A stretch of 64,000 nt of DNA from an uncultured virus (IMG/VR IMGVR_UViG_3300037634_003213) (taxonomy: Duplodnaviria > Heunggongvirae > Uroviricota > Caudoviricetes), in the IMG/VR virus record IMGVR_UViG_3300037634_003213; one strand, 5' to 3'. Below the pieces are notes generated by a model. The model was not told where the DNA came from and did no database searches. It was given only the letters and a program-made list of their open reading frames with translations. Below, piece after piece: positions 30,081-40,145 of the stretch (position 1 is the first letter of the stretch; every line of letters begins with the position of its first letter). Position numbers and translations under genes: made by a program.

Positions 30081-32389
30081 TATTGACCACCAATCTGGGA
30101 AAGAAGCCCTTCAAGCAAAGCACGTTGCTCATCTTCTGGCAACTGTAACGCTTGCTGAAGCTGTTGGATAACCTCTGGCGGCGCTCCGCCCTGCTGGAAA
30201 ATCTGAATCAACTGTTCTATTGCCTGTGCTGGGGGCATAGACAAAAGCTGCTGAATCATTTCAGGGGGTAGCCCCCCGCCCGCCGGAGCGGACGGAGGAC
30301 CTTGTGTTGGACCCGCCTGGGGCTGGGGAGGCGGAGCCGCCTGTTGTTGTGGTGGTGGCGGCCCCTGCGGGGGTCCGGGTGGGGGTCCTGCTGGAGGTCC
30401 AGGTGGAGGAGCGCCTTCTGGCGGGAGGCCGGGCGGTGCCGCTTTGCCCTCGCCCATTTCGGCTTCTTTTTTAGCTTGTTCAGCGGTTTCTTCTTCTAAA
30501 GCAAGAGAAAGCGCATCGGGGTGCATGTCTTGTGGCAAATCAAACTTCTCAACCAACGCTTCCATCTGAGCTTTAGCAAGGACAGATTCCGGCCCGCCTT
30601 TTTGGACAAGGGCCCAAAGCTGTTGAAGCGGCTGGAGCAACTGAAGGACAGCATCACGAACAGCCTGGTCCGAGAATGGTGTGCGTCGAGAGTCCACAAC
30701 CTCAATATGAAAGTCGCCCTCAAGATCTTCAACAGTAATCTCAAGCGTATCAGGACCAACTTTAACGTAAATGACATCCGGGGCAGGAGGCATCTCAACA
30801 TCAATCTCAGCGGTTGCTTGCACAACAACGGCCTCGCCTTCTTCGGCCTCTTCAGCAGCCTCCTCCGCAACCTCTTGAGCTTCTTCTACAACCTCTTCAA
30901 CCTTGTCTTCAGCCTCGTTAAGAGCGTCTTCTGTCTGCTCTTCTTTCTGTTCAACATCATCTACATCAATGAGTTCTCGCTTGTACTCCATTCCGAAGTC
31001 TCTTGCGGGAGCCTCCATTGAAGCCACAACAGCACGAAGAAAAACCTGAACAACCTGAGCAACCCAGTTGTCCTTAATCATGGCGTGCCGACCATACTCT
31101 GACTCGGTATAGTCTCGAAGGTTCATGACCTCTGTAGCGGTTGCTTTAGTTACGCCACCGTAAGCATTAGGGCTTGTCCCAGCAGCCCTCTCAAGATCGG
31201 CCTCCGCCTGCATTTCATACTGCATAATGTTGGGAGATATTGTAGCATTCTGAATAGGCACAATGACATTGTTTAAAGCTCGACCATTCAGCCGACCGTC
31301 TTCCACAGGAATCACAAGACCATCAACGCCAGCAGTAATCAAACTCATTTGATCTGCGGTAAGGACACCATCAAGAGCAAGGTACTGTCGAGAATCTCGT
31401 CGCGCTGCATTAGCTCGAAAGGACCTGAAGACGTTGATTTCTTGGATCTGTGGGAACAAACGTGAAGCATGGCTGATGCCACGCAACGGAAACTCGGGCT
31501 CTTGATTAAAAATCAACGGAACAACGTGCGGAAGAGGGTCCCCTGCACGAGTCGAATAAGGCATAGGCCCACTAAAAACAGGGTGCTCATAATCGTCTGC
31601 TTGATCTAAAAGATAGACCTCAAACTTGCCGCGCATGGCTCCGTCGCCGCCCTCGTAGGTGTCCACAAGGTTGCAGACCTCTAAAACCCGGACAAACAAA
31701 TCCTCGTCTGCGTTGTATTTATTGTTTCCTTTCTGATTCTTTGGACCGCGCTGAGTGCCCCTGCTTGTTTTCGCATTCTTACTGGAAAGAAAATCCTCTC
31801 TCGGTTGACCAGCGAGGCCGCTAAGACCGTACTGGTCCTCGACTTCTTTCAGTGGTCTATAATAAACATGGCCAATGAAACGAGAATCTTCCTCGTCGTA
31901 GACATCGGAATCAAGAACCATCTCCCAATACGGGATGACCCGGAACCAAACTCGGTCAAGAACGTCTCCAGGGCCATCGTCCACGCCTACTTTTATGCCA
32001 GACCCTGGGTACAACAAGCCTTGCCGAATGGCTTTGAGAACACGAAGATGAGTTCTGTTCTGATTCAGCCACTTATTGGCTACTAACTCAACTTTCGTAG
32101 CGTCTCCACCAAGGGTGGGGCCGGGCCCCACGACCACACGAGCGGCTTTTGGGTATAAAGAAGCAACATACGATTCGATAATTCCATAAAGGCGATTGAC
32201 TTCAATCTGGATCTGGCTAGGCAAGTCCTGCATTTGGCGGACGCCACCGCCTTGTTGAGTCTCCCAGAACCTCGTTAAATAGGTCTCCTTATAAAGACGC
32301 CAGTCTTTAGCCTGCGTCTTAGTAGATTTATCATGAGTCTCAAGGTGAGCACGGATGACTTTGGGAGTAAGAATGTCGTTTTCAGCCAT
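30080..32389 (-). CDS. Portal protein with acidic insert and Pro/Gln-rich tail
   Basis: 769 aa between terminase and scaffold/MCP; TATEV motif seen in podoviral portals. Confidence 0.7.
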   Translation of the reverse strand: MAENDILTPKVIRAHLETHDKSTKTQAKDWRLYKETYLTRFWETQQGGGVRQMQDLPSQIQIEVNRLYGIIESYVASLYPKAARVVVGPGPTLGGDATKVELVANKWLNQNRTHLRVLKAIRQGLLYPGSGIKVGVDDGPGDVLDRVWFRVIPYWEMVLDSDVYDEEDSRFIGHVYYRPLKEVEDQYGLSGLAGQPREDFLSSKNAKTSRGTQRGPKNQKGNNKYNADEDLFVRVLEVCNLVDTYEGGDGAMRGKFEVYLLDQADDYEHPVFSGPMPYSTRAGDPLPHVVPLIFNQEPEFPLRGISHASRLFPQIQEINVFRSFRANAARRDSRQYLALDGVLTADQMSLITAGVDGLVIPVEDGRLNGRALNNVIVPIQNATISPNIMQYEMQAEADLERAAGTSPNAYGGVTKATATEVMNLRDYTESEYGRHAMIKDNWVAQVVQVFLRAVVASMEAPARDFGMEYKRELIDVDDVEQKEEQTEDALNEAEDKVEEVVEEAQEVAEEAAEEAEEGEAVVVQATAEIDVEMPPAPDVIYVKVGPDTLEITVEDLEGDFHIEVVDSRRTPFSDQAVRDAVLQLLQPLQQLWALVQKGGPESVLAKAQMEALVEKFDLPQDMHPDALSLALEEETAEQAKKEAEMGEGKAAPPGLPPEGAPPPGPPAGPPPGPPQGPPPPQQQAAPPPQPQAGPTQGPPSAPAGGGLPPEMIQQLLSMPPAQAIEQLIQIFQQGGAPPEVIQQLQQALQLPEDEQRALLEGLLSQIGGQ

Positions 32390-32396
32390 GACCTGC

Positions 32397-32774
32397 CTAT
32401 TTTGTTTCCATTAAAGGGAATCGATCTTTGATAGCCTCATACTCATCTTTAGAGACATAGCGCAAATCGCCACGTGATAACCCCTCAATAATACGCTCAG
32501 CCTGGGCTGGATACCGATTCATTACATCCTCCACTAAACCGTCCGAGTCTATTTCACTCAGCCCCTGCCCTACAAGGGTTTTTAAAACGGAACTCTTAAG
32601 AGCCTTAGCCTTAGCCTTTTGTTCGGCCATGTACTCCTTGTTGAACTCTGGAAACTCCTTGTTTGCTTCTTGCGCGTGGTACTCCAACGACTGCTGATAA
32701 GTGTCGCCTTCTTGTAAACGTTCCATGACCGCCCGTGATTTTCTCATTGCTTTGTTAATGTCATCGTGCGCCAT
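32397..32774 (-). CDS. Hypothetical protein
   Basis: 125-aa ORF in operon. Confidence 0.55.
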   Translation of the reverse strand: MAHDDINKAMRKSRAVMERLQEGDTYQQSLEYHAQEANKEFPEFNKEYMAEQKAKAKALKSSVLKTLVGQGLSEIDSDGLVEDVMNRYPAQAERIIEGLSRGDLRYVSKDEYEAIKDRFPLMETK

Positions 32775-33426
32775 CGCTCCTCCTTATGTCAGCCCATTCA
32801 TTAGAAGTGAAGTATTCAGTTTCTTTTGTCTCTGGGTAATAAACGCCAATCTCGTCATCCTCGAACTCGCCAGATGCGTTGGTTTCATACGCTATCCCAT
32901 GGCCCCCTGGCATATCACCAGTCCACGCCAAGGCGAGGTCTTCGTAGAACAAATCGGAGTCGTCGTCCATGAAAGCCTCGATGGCGTTCTTCGCGTTCTT
33001 CTTTTCCTCATCGGGCCACTTGTGTTCCTTTGCTGCGTTGTCAATCTCATCCATAAGATGATCAACCCCGCGTGTCGGGGGCTCATCAACGGGGGGCTCA
33101 GGGGTATGGATAGGGGGACGTGGGTGATTCTTTCTCCATTTTTTCAGTCTTTCCCACGCTTCTATAGACTTCCGAATTTCGTCCATACCTTTCTCAAGTA
33201 CCTCCATTTTTTCAGGGCTAACTAAATCAGGATCTCTTGCCTCTGGGGAGGTCCAGCCTCTACCTATGGTGCGAATAGTCTCTTCCCATTCCTCCTCTGA
33301 CATCTCGCCAGCGAGGCCGGGCTTTCTCTTTTTCTTTCTCCGGGTCGTTTCTGGAGGCCCACCCATCAGGCTTTCGCCTGGGCGCGGGTATCGCATCTCC
33401 CCTGTTAGTGGATCGTAGCCAGCCAT
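32761..33426 (-). CDS. Hypothetical protein
   Basis: 221-aa ORF, GAGG SD, TAATG coupling. Confidence 0.55.
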   Translation of the reverse strand: MAGYDPLTGEMRYPRPGESLMGGPPETTRRKKKRKPGLAGEMSEEEWEETIRTIGRGWTSPEARDPDLVSPEKMEVLEKGMDEIRKSIEAWERLKKWRKNHPRPPIHTPEPPVDEPPTRGVDHLMDEIDNAAKEHKWPDEEKKNAKNAIEAFMDDDSDLFYEDLALAWTGDMPGGHGIAYETNASGEFEDDEIGVYYPETKETEYFTSNEWADIRRSDGAR

Positions 33427-36400
33427 TACCGCCTCGTCCCCGGCAAATACGCTCTCCTGTAACGAGCCTCATCCACTTTCTGCTGTTCGGAGCCTTGATA
33501 AGCTCGGTCAGCTTCTTCCTCCGCTGAAAGACCGGGCTCACTGTAACGACCCACAAACCCGGCTCTCTTAGGAGTGATAAGATCCGTAGAGAGGCCAGCG
33601 CCCTTACTGACACGACCCACAAGCCCGGCGTTCTCTGAATCCTCAAGACCTTCCCAAAACTGACGCATCCCCCCTGTTCCTTCGGGAAGCCGCTCCCTCA
33701 TCTGCCGATCTCGTTCCTGGGACCGCCTGATATTTTCGACCATCATTCCGCTCTGTGCTGGGAAGCCGTCCATCATGACATCTCGATCACTTACCCTTCT
33801 TTGAAGGTCGTCGATTGCTTCTTGTGTGGATTCTCCAGAGACATCCCTCATGGCCATTTGGCGAATTTCACTTTCGGAAAGATTAGGCTCAAGCTCTCTA
33901 TAGAAAGCCTTCTGTCTTTCGTAATGCGCCCTTCTGTCCTCTCGCGAGCGCATCCGACGATATGGTTTCATGGTGCTCGACACGCCTCGACCAACCGCAG
34001 CAAGGCCCTCGGCTGCGACTTCTGGAGAAGTAAGAAGGCCCTTTTCCTGCCTTTCTTCATGACTCGGGAGGAGGCTTGCCAGCGCAGCAGGGGCTTGCGC
34101 TATCATTCCCATGCCCTCAACACCCGTGGCTGCGGTGGACGCAACGCCGCCACCTATCGAGTCCTCTTTGTAAATATTCCAGCCAAGCTCTGCTACAAAT
34201 GCGGCATCGCCAAGCGCCACAAGAACAGGGACAGCCTTAGCGGCTGCGGCCCGGAGCTTGGCCAGCTTTGTGACGACTCCTTCTGTTTGCTCCATCTTTC
34301 TAAGGTTTACAATAGCCTCGCTTACCCGTTTTGATTGTTTCCTAAAATGTTCTTTTTGTGCTTCAGACATCTGCTCTGCCATCTTCTGAGCGTCGGGGGC
34401 AGCGTTGCGGCCAGAAACAGTCATCTGGTTCTCTGGGATATTGCTACCACTAACCATCATCTTACGCTTGCCTTCGAACTCGGGTGCCATGCCCCGTGAC
34501 AACATATCATCGACATCTTCTCGCTTCCAACCGTAACGTGACGGGGTTTTTTCTAGATGCTCTACAGCAGAACCCTCAACCCAATCGCTTTGGCTTGGGA
34601 TGCGGCCAAACTTTTGCTTGTACGCTCTGGCCGAACCTAACCGAGTCCTGCCTGGGTACAGTTCCTCGATCTCGTCAAGAGCATCTTGCGCGTCTTCGGC
34701 AAATTCCCACCCTGACAATACGCCCCCGGTTTCCCGGTCGTATACATAGTAATCATAATCTGGATATTTAGAACCAGACCGGAGAAACTCAGGATCATGA
34801 AAGCCTTCATCACCTCCATACATAAGGTTCCATTCGTCTTGCGGACCTGTAGGGGATTGGGGCCGGAGAAACTCAGGATCATGAAAGCCTTCATCACCTC
34901 CATACATAAGGTTCCATTCGTCTTGCGGACCTGTAGGGGATTGGGGGTCGATTCCGCGCATAAGAAGGTCGTCATCACTAAGAGGACGGCCCTCCCACTG
35001 TGCCTCGACTTCAGTCGGGGTAAAGATGTTGAGCCCAGACGCTGGGTCTTGGGCAATAAAAGCCTTCTGCTGCGAAGTCATCTCTGGGGGAGTGACTGAC
35101 CTATAATTCTCTCTTGAGGGGCCAGAACTGATATTATGGGGGTCTGGCTCCCACGGTGGGTGAATGGTCGGCTCCCCTGTCATTGGAGGATATAAACGAG
35201 GAGAACGACCCTCGGGTACTCCAGCAGACCCAGGAAGCTCGCCTGCAATCTTGTAATCCTGAATCAACTGTGGGATTGATTTTCCAGACCGGCGATTCTC
35301 TGGGATTTCCACGAAGTCTACGAAACTCTCCCTTGGAATCCCCTCGTCCTGAAGGAGATCGCCTAAGCTTGGTCGGGCAGCCCTTGCGGCCCTTCCTCCA
35401 GCAGCCCTCTCCCCTCGCCTGAGTTGACCCTCTTGGCGTCGGGTCTCCATCTCATGACCGAACACTTCTTCTTCAATGAATGGCTCCGCAACAGTAGAGG
35501 CATACCTTTCTTCAAGTTCTCTAAAAGAGCGAGCGCGGCCTTCCTGGACGGAATCGTAGGAGGCTTGAAGCCTCTCCTGTGTTTTCGCAAGGCCCTTCTG
35601 CGCGTGTTCAAGGTCTTCCTCAAGGTAGCCCTGCCAGGGCAGGTAACCACGCCGGTCTTCTGGACTTAGATTTGCTATCTCGTCTCTAAGTCTCCGAACC
35701 TCTGCTGCTTGTTCGTCATGCAGTGTAAACAGGTCCCCCATCTGACGATATCCGCCCCGGCCATGCCGGAGAAACTTATCTGGATCATTAAAACTTCTCG
35801 GCAGGGTGCTTGTGCCCCGCCCTCCGGGCTTCATCTCAGTTCGATAGACATCCTCAAGATACCTAAACGCTTTGTCTTCGTCTGCAATATAGAGAGTCTT
35901 CCCGTCGTCGCTTAGGCTTAAACCGGCGTCCGCAAGATCTTCCGCGTCCGCCCAGTTGTTGAGGATATCCGCAAAATACCTTTGCTCACTTGGGGATAGT
36001 TGCTTTTGTAATGGTGTAGCCATGGCTTTAGCTCCTTTTATAGGTATTGATTCTTCAAGTAACTGGGTAGAAGGCTTAGCGAAGCTGGGCGGCGTTAAAC
36101 GCTCTGGGCCGATGTAAACCCCTGTCCCGTTTGTGGGGCGTCTTGTCTTTAGTGACCCCCACACGCGCTCGGCTTCGGGGGTCGTAGCGCCTGCGCCAGA
36201 ACCAGATGGGGCAAAGAATACTCCGCCTGGGTACTTCTGCTCTAAAAGCTCAGTAGCGGCATCGTACATCTTGGAGCCGAGTCCTTGGCCACGGAGATGT
36301 TCAGCAAGCTGGACATCTTTGACCGCTTGCCCAGCCATTCCTTCTGGTAGGTCTGGAAACATCTCGCGAAGGCTTCTTGCCCAGTCGGGGTCAGCGGCCT

Positions 36401-37904
36401 CTTCCAGAGAGGCAAGCTGAAGCCTGCCTTGCGGGGCTGGGTTGCCCTGCTCGAAAACAAGAATCTCCATACGCTCGGGTATGATCTCTATGCGGGCCAT
36501 GGCTCTGGCTCCTGTAGGAGGTACTGATTCTTCAAGTAACTTGGAAGAGGCTTCTCTTGGGATTCCGGTAATCTGAGAATCCCTTGCCGCCTGTTCTATT
36601 TGAGGCTTAAGGGTAAGAATTCCATCTTGAATGTGCCCAATGATGTGGTCAGCAGAGAGTCTTCCGGTCCAAGGCTTGCTGCTTGCCGTCATTTTATACC
36701 CTCGCTGGGAGGGATCACTTGGGGGGAAGTTCTTTAGTAGGGGTCTGTCCCCCGTTTTTCCGGGGGATCGGGTTTCACGAGCTTCCGCAACCGTTTCATA
36801 GAGCGGGTGGCCCGGAGTAATCCTCTCACCCACTTGATCTATATGAGTAATGTCATCTGGAAGTTCCACGATGTAGGTCCGAGTTGAGGGACTCGTCTCT
36901 GCCATGTACTCAGTGCCAACTCCTCCCCTGGAGGTGCCGCCAGGGCCTTTTCCCAATCTTTGCTCTCCCGACCCAAGAGGCCCAAGAAGAAAAGGTCTTA
37001 TGTTAGTGCTTTCGCCATAATGCCGGTAAAAGAGCCCATGCTCATCAATGCTTTGCAGGACTGAGGCTGCTTGGTCTGGTGAACCAGTCCTTACTGTGTG
37101 GAGATAGTAAGAGTGTCCGGGGCGCACCATTCCAGGGACTTGCTTATCTAAAGCAATGCGGTTTGCACGACGGAAAGCCTTCTTGTACGGATCATCAGTA
37201 GGGTCCTGCCTCCTATAAGTTTCGTCTACGGCCTCCCGTACTTGCCGCGCAATCCGAGTGGCGAGATCCTCTGGAACATCATCAGCCATGGGCAATCCTC
37301 TGGCTGGCATAGCTTCTTCAAGTAACTGGGCCGGAAGGTCACGGGGCTGGTCGGTTGCGTATTCGGCTCTGGGAAGACCTCGATTCGGCCCCTCAGTTTC
37401 CCACGGGGCATCCATTGTCTTGGTCCCGTCTTCTGAGATTAGTTGTGTAGGAAGGTCTTCATTGTAGTCGAGCAGGCTTGGGTCCCTCTGTTCGGACCAG
37501 CGCACCCCCCCTCCCGACGATAAAGACTGTATTCGTACTGGCATTTTCTCATAGCCAAGTTTCTTCAAGGCGTTCGCCCTATGCCGACCATCGTGATTCT
37601 GGACTCGTCCGTCACTGGCATCAATCCCCAACTTCGGGACCTCGTCCATCTCGGTCCCGCCGCGCATTAATCTTGTAATCTCATGGATTGCGTCTATAGA
37701 CTTTTCACCCGTGAAAGGGCCAAAATACCTTAAGTCATCCATGCTCTCTATCGGAATCGCCATATCCAGAAACTCATCTGGCGACATATAGACAATCATG
37801 TCTTTGGACTTGCGGCGAGGAATAAACTCACCAGGAGTGAACTCTTCACGCCAACTCTTCAACGTCGGGAAGAGTTCGTCTACTGGGCGCTTGGGATCAG
37901 ACAT
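33426..37904 (-). CDS. 1492-aa multi-domain protein: ParB/Srx-like, ADP-ribosyltransferase-like and GNAT-like modules plus a C-terminal helical region
   Basis: HDGRHRANAL.KLG...MPV (ParB-like); YLHT...SIDEHGL (ART-like, weak); HLRGQGLGSKMY (GNAT motif A); repeated LLEE linkers. Confidence 0.65.
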   Translation of the reverse strand: MSDPKRPVDELFPTLKSWREEFTPGEFIPRRKSKDMIVYMSPDEFLDMAIPIESMDDLRYFGPFTGEKSIDAIHEITRLMRGGTEMDEVPKLGIDASDGRVQNHDGRHRANALKKLGYEKMPVRIQSLSSGGGVRWSEQRDPSLLDYNEDLPTQLISEDGTKTMDAPWETEGPNRGLPRAEYATDQPRDLPAQLLEEAMPARGLPMADDVPEDLATRIARQVREAVDETYRRQDPTDDPYKKAFRRANRIALDKQVPGMVRPGHSYYLHTVRTGSPDQAASVLQSIDEHGLFYRHYGESTNIRPFLLGPLGSGEQRLGKGPGGTSRGGVGTEYMAETSPSTRTYIVELPDDITHIDQVGERITPGHPLYETVAEARETRSPGKTGDRPLLKNFPPSDPSQRGYKMTASSKPWTGRLSADHIIGHIQDGILTLKPQIEQAARDSQITGIPREASSKLLEESVPPTGARAMARIEIIPERMEILVFEQGNPAPQGRLQLASLEEAADPDWARSLREMFPDLPEGMAGQAVKDVQLAEHLRGQGLGSKMYDAATELLEQKYPGGVFFAPSGSGAGATTPEAERVWGSLKTRRPTNGTGVYIGPERLTPPSFAKPSTQLLEESIPIKGAKAMATPLQKQLSPSEQRYFADILNNWADAEDLADAGLSLSDDGKTLYIADEDKAFRYLEDVYRTEMKPGGRGTSTLPRSFNDPDKFLRHGRGGYRQMGDLFTLHDEQAAEVRRLRDEIANLSPEDRRGYLPWQGYLEEDLEHAQKGLAKTQERLQASYDSVQEGRARSFRELEERYASTVAEPFIEEEVFGHEMETRRQEGQLRRGERAAGGRAARAARPSLGDLLQDEGIPRESFVDFVEIPENRRSGKSIPQLIQDYKIAGELPGSAGVPEGRSPRLYPPMTGEPTIHPPWEPDPHNISSGPSRENYRSVTPPEMTSQQKAFIAQDPASGLNIFTPTEVEAQWEGRPLSDDDLLMRGIDPQSPTGPQDEWNLMYGGDEGFHDPEFLRPQSPTGPQDEWNLMYGGDEGFHDPEFLRSGSKYPDYDYYVYDRETGGVLSGWEFAEDAQDALDEIEELYPGRTRLGSARAYKQKFGRIPSQSDWVEGSAVEHLEKTPSRYGWKREDVDDMLSRGMAPEFEGKRKMMVSGSNIPENQMTVSGRNAAPDAQKMAEQMSEAQKEHFRKQSKRVSEAIVNLRKMEQTEGVVTKLAKLRAAAAKAVPVLVALGDAAFVAELGWNIYKEDSIGGGVASTAATGVEGMGMIAQAPAALASLLPSHEERQEKGLLTSPEVAAEGLAAVGRGVSSTMKPYRRMRSREDRRAHYERQKAFYRELEPNLSESEIRQMAMRDVSGESTQEAIDDLQRRVSDRDVMMDGFPAQSGMMVENIRRSQERDRQMRERLPEGTGGMRQFWEGLEDSENAGLVGRVSKGAGLSTDLITPKRAGFVGRYSEPGLSAEEEADRAYQGSEQQKVDEARYRRAYLPGTRR
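34779..34946. repeat. Exact 84-bp tandem duplication (28 aa x2)
   Basis: 34779-34862 equals 34863-34946; encodes PQSPTGPQDEWNLMYGGDEGFHDPEFLR twice. Confidence 0.95.
36051..37327. repeat. Three identical 14-mers TTCTTCAAGTAACT at module junctions
   Basis: Copies at 36051, 36528 and 37314. Confidence 0.9.
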
Positions 37905-37962
37905 CTGTTATGGCCTTATTGGGCGAATCAGCCATGTGAATCTCCTTAATATAAAGAAGTTA

Positions 37963-39504
37963 TCACACTCCGAATGGATGAGGCAGCGCTTTTCTCCTGC
38001 GCTTAAAAGGGAACGCGCCTAAACCTACAGGGCGGGGCAAGTTTTTAGCGTTCCAAGCCGCCAACGCCAGCGCATCGGCAAGGTCGTCGTGGTATCCGTC
38101 TCGACCTTCGAGCTTTCCGTCCTCTTCTCGCATGTGCATCAACTGCTGAACGGTCGGTAAATCAGTTAAAGTCAGCGCATCTCCGTCAACCAGGTAGCGT
38201 AAGTGGCTGTAAACCTGAGCTTTTTTACCAATCGCTCCTCGACCACCAGTCATTTTAAAGTGGTCTCCGGTGTGCGGATCGTACCAAAGAGAGACGCCCA
38301 TCTCTCGAATCTTTTGAATAACAACAGGTCCACCGCCTCCTGTATTGTACTCGCACAGCACGCGAGCCTTATTATAGAAGTACGAAAGCTCTCCAACTCG
38401 CATCGCAAAATCTTCAGGGGTCCTCTTGTTCGTTGAAAACGTAGCAACCAACTCCCCATCTTCACTTAAAACCTGTGCAACAGCGTAATCATTCCCTGTT
38501 CCCCAACTCGGATCGGCTCCAATCGCGTAAGCAACACCGTTTTGGGGCTGTTTGTGTATCCGAAGTTCCTTTGAAAGGTCCGGTGGACGCAGTGTGCAGA
38601 CGATTTCGTTCAGATACGCGACGTTAAACCACGAACCGCGTACCTCCATAAACCCTTCTTCAACGGTAAGTGGGTACTCCCTACGGAAACGCTCCTCTCC
38701 AATGCCATCAGCGCCCTTGATTTTAGTGTGACGCCAGTACAATTGACAAATGTTGAGCCCGTGTAGCTCCTTGAGGTCCCATTCCTCTTGACTCGGCTCC
38801 CAGTTTTTGGGCGGTGCAAGGCTGTACGCATGATGATCAGCCCAACGAAAGAACCGAAAGCAAGCATTCGGGTCGTTTTGCGCATCCAACACCTTCCTAT
38901 GGAACAAATTTCCAGGTCCATTCGGCGTCGAGGTAACAAAAATACCCTTGTGTGGCCCGTCATGAAGAGTCGAAGTGATGGATGCCCAGACATCTTCGGC
39001 GTTTGGCCAGAAAGCTACCTCGTCAGCATGCAATCTCTGGAAGGTAAAGGAGCGTCCGTGGCCTCGACCACCCGCTGTCAAGCATCTCCACATCGCTCCG
39101 GTGTCAGAAAACTCCATTTCCTTCCGGTTCGACCTCGCCATCGGTCGTTGCATCACAGCAGGCAAGCTATCGTGGAAATATTTCAGGCGTCGGAAGATAG
39201 AATCCGTCGCATCATGGTCGTTCGCGACAATCAATGTACGCACTGGGTCGGCTGACCAGTACCCATAGGCAAAGTTCCAAGCACAACCCACTGTCGTGTC
39301 ACCAATCTGACGCGGCTTGCAATGAACAATCGTCTGGTGACCCTGGATAAAATCAGACAAAGAGATCTGCTGCTCAATAAATGGCTCGTCAAAGAATCTT
39401 TCGATGCCCTGGTTGTCAATAATCTTTAAACGACTGATAAACTCAACCGGATCTTGACCCAATGCCATCAGGCGATTCACCATTGCAGTCGATACACCCT
39501 TCAC
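37963..39504 (-). CDS. terL: Terminase large subunit
   Basis: KPRQIGDTT (Walker A region), LHADEVAFW (Walker B), TSTPNG, IGADPSWG and HDDLADALALA nuclease motifs. Confidence 0.92.
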   Translation of the reverse strand: MKGVSTAMVNRLMALGQDPVEFISRLKIIDNQGIERFFDEPFIEQQISLSDFIQGHQTIVHCKPRQIGDTTVGCAWNFAYGYWSADPVRTLIVANDHDATDSIFRRLKYFHDSLPAVMQRPMARSNRKEMEFSDTGAMWRCLTAGGRGHGRSFTFQRLHADEVAFWPNAEDVWASITSTLHDGPHKGIFVTSTPNGPGNLFHRKVLDAQNDPNACFRFFRWADHHAYSLAPPKNWEPSQEEWDLKELHGLNICQLYWRHTKIKGADGIGEERFRREYPLTVEEGFMEVRGSWFNVAYLNEIVCTLRPPDLSKELRIHKQPQNGVAYAIGADPSWGTGNDYAVAQVLSEDGELVATFSTNKRTPEDFAMRVGELSYFYNKARVLCEYNTGGGGPVVIQKIREMGVSLWYDPHTGDHFKMTGGRGAIGKKAQVYSHLRYLVDGDALTLTDLPTVQQLMHMREEDGKLEGRDGYHDDLADALALAAWNAKNLPRPVGLGAFPFKRRRKALPHPFGV

Positions 39505-40055
39505 TTCAGCTTCCTCACTGAGGTCCAGCCGGATGCACCAGAGTTAACCTGCAACCACTCGACAATAGCTGTGTTCGTCTCTTCCTTATCCTCGGGCCGA
39601 ACTGTCTTGCCCGTTATCTTTGCGTACAAATCCATGATTTTTGTGTCCCCATCACGCATCATTACCCTCATTTGGTCCCAAAATAGCGCATCTAAGCCCT
39701 CAATATCCTCTTTTGACATCGTTCTGGGAAGGGGAAAACCACCGTAAAACCACCCATTAAAGCCCCTAATTTCCACCCATTCGTTCCATTCTGCCATAGT
39801 CATGGGCTTTTTTACGAAGAAATCGTGCTTTCTGGCCGCTTTTATCCAATCTCGTAGGTAACCAAGTCCCTGATCCTCAGACGTAATCGCTATCGATTGG
39901 ACTACTTTCATCCTCTCTGTAGGGAAAAACCCTATAATCTCTTCCACCTCACGCTTAATAATCTCGCTCGGCTCCGATTTCACTAACTGTCCGTTCAATA
40001 AGGCAGACATTGGGTCATCATCTAATACTGGCGGCTTGTCTTTTATGTCGTTCAT
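39501..40055 (-). CDS. Possible terminase small subunit
   Basis: 184-aa ORF overlapping the terL start; position only. Confidence 0.45.
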   Translation of the reverse strand: MNDIKDKPPVLDDDPMSALLNGQLVKSEPSEIIKREVEEIIGFFPTERMKVVQSIAITSEDQGLGYLRDWIKAARKHDFFVKKPMTMAEWNEWVEIRGFNGWFYGGFPLPRTMSKEDIEGLDALFWDQMRVMMRDGDTKIMDLYAKITGKTVRPEDKEETNTAIVEWLQVNSGASGWTSVRKLK

Positions 40056-40074
40056 GTCTCCAAAATACCGGAAA

Positions 40075-40090
40075 TGTCACGTTTTGTCAC
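40075..40090. promoter_or_regulatory. Direct-repeat box TGTCAC-N4-TGTCAC in the divergent terS/ssb intergenic region
   Basis: Related copies at 41393, 48108, 54090 and 61164. Confidence 0.55.
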
Positions 40091-40145
40091 GGCCTGGGTG
40101 CAAACTTTGCCCCATGTGATACCTTTTCGACGGAGGTAAACACAA

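Noticed and set aside
34779..34946. DGR template/variable repeat pair
   Set aside because: Copies are identical and tandem with no A-specific mismatches, and no reverse transcriptase is present
146..40055. Numerous plus-strand ORFs of 60-200 aa in the track
   Set aside because: Antisense shadows of long, tightly coupled minus-strand genes
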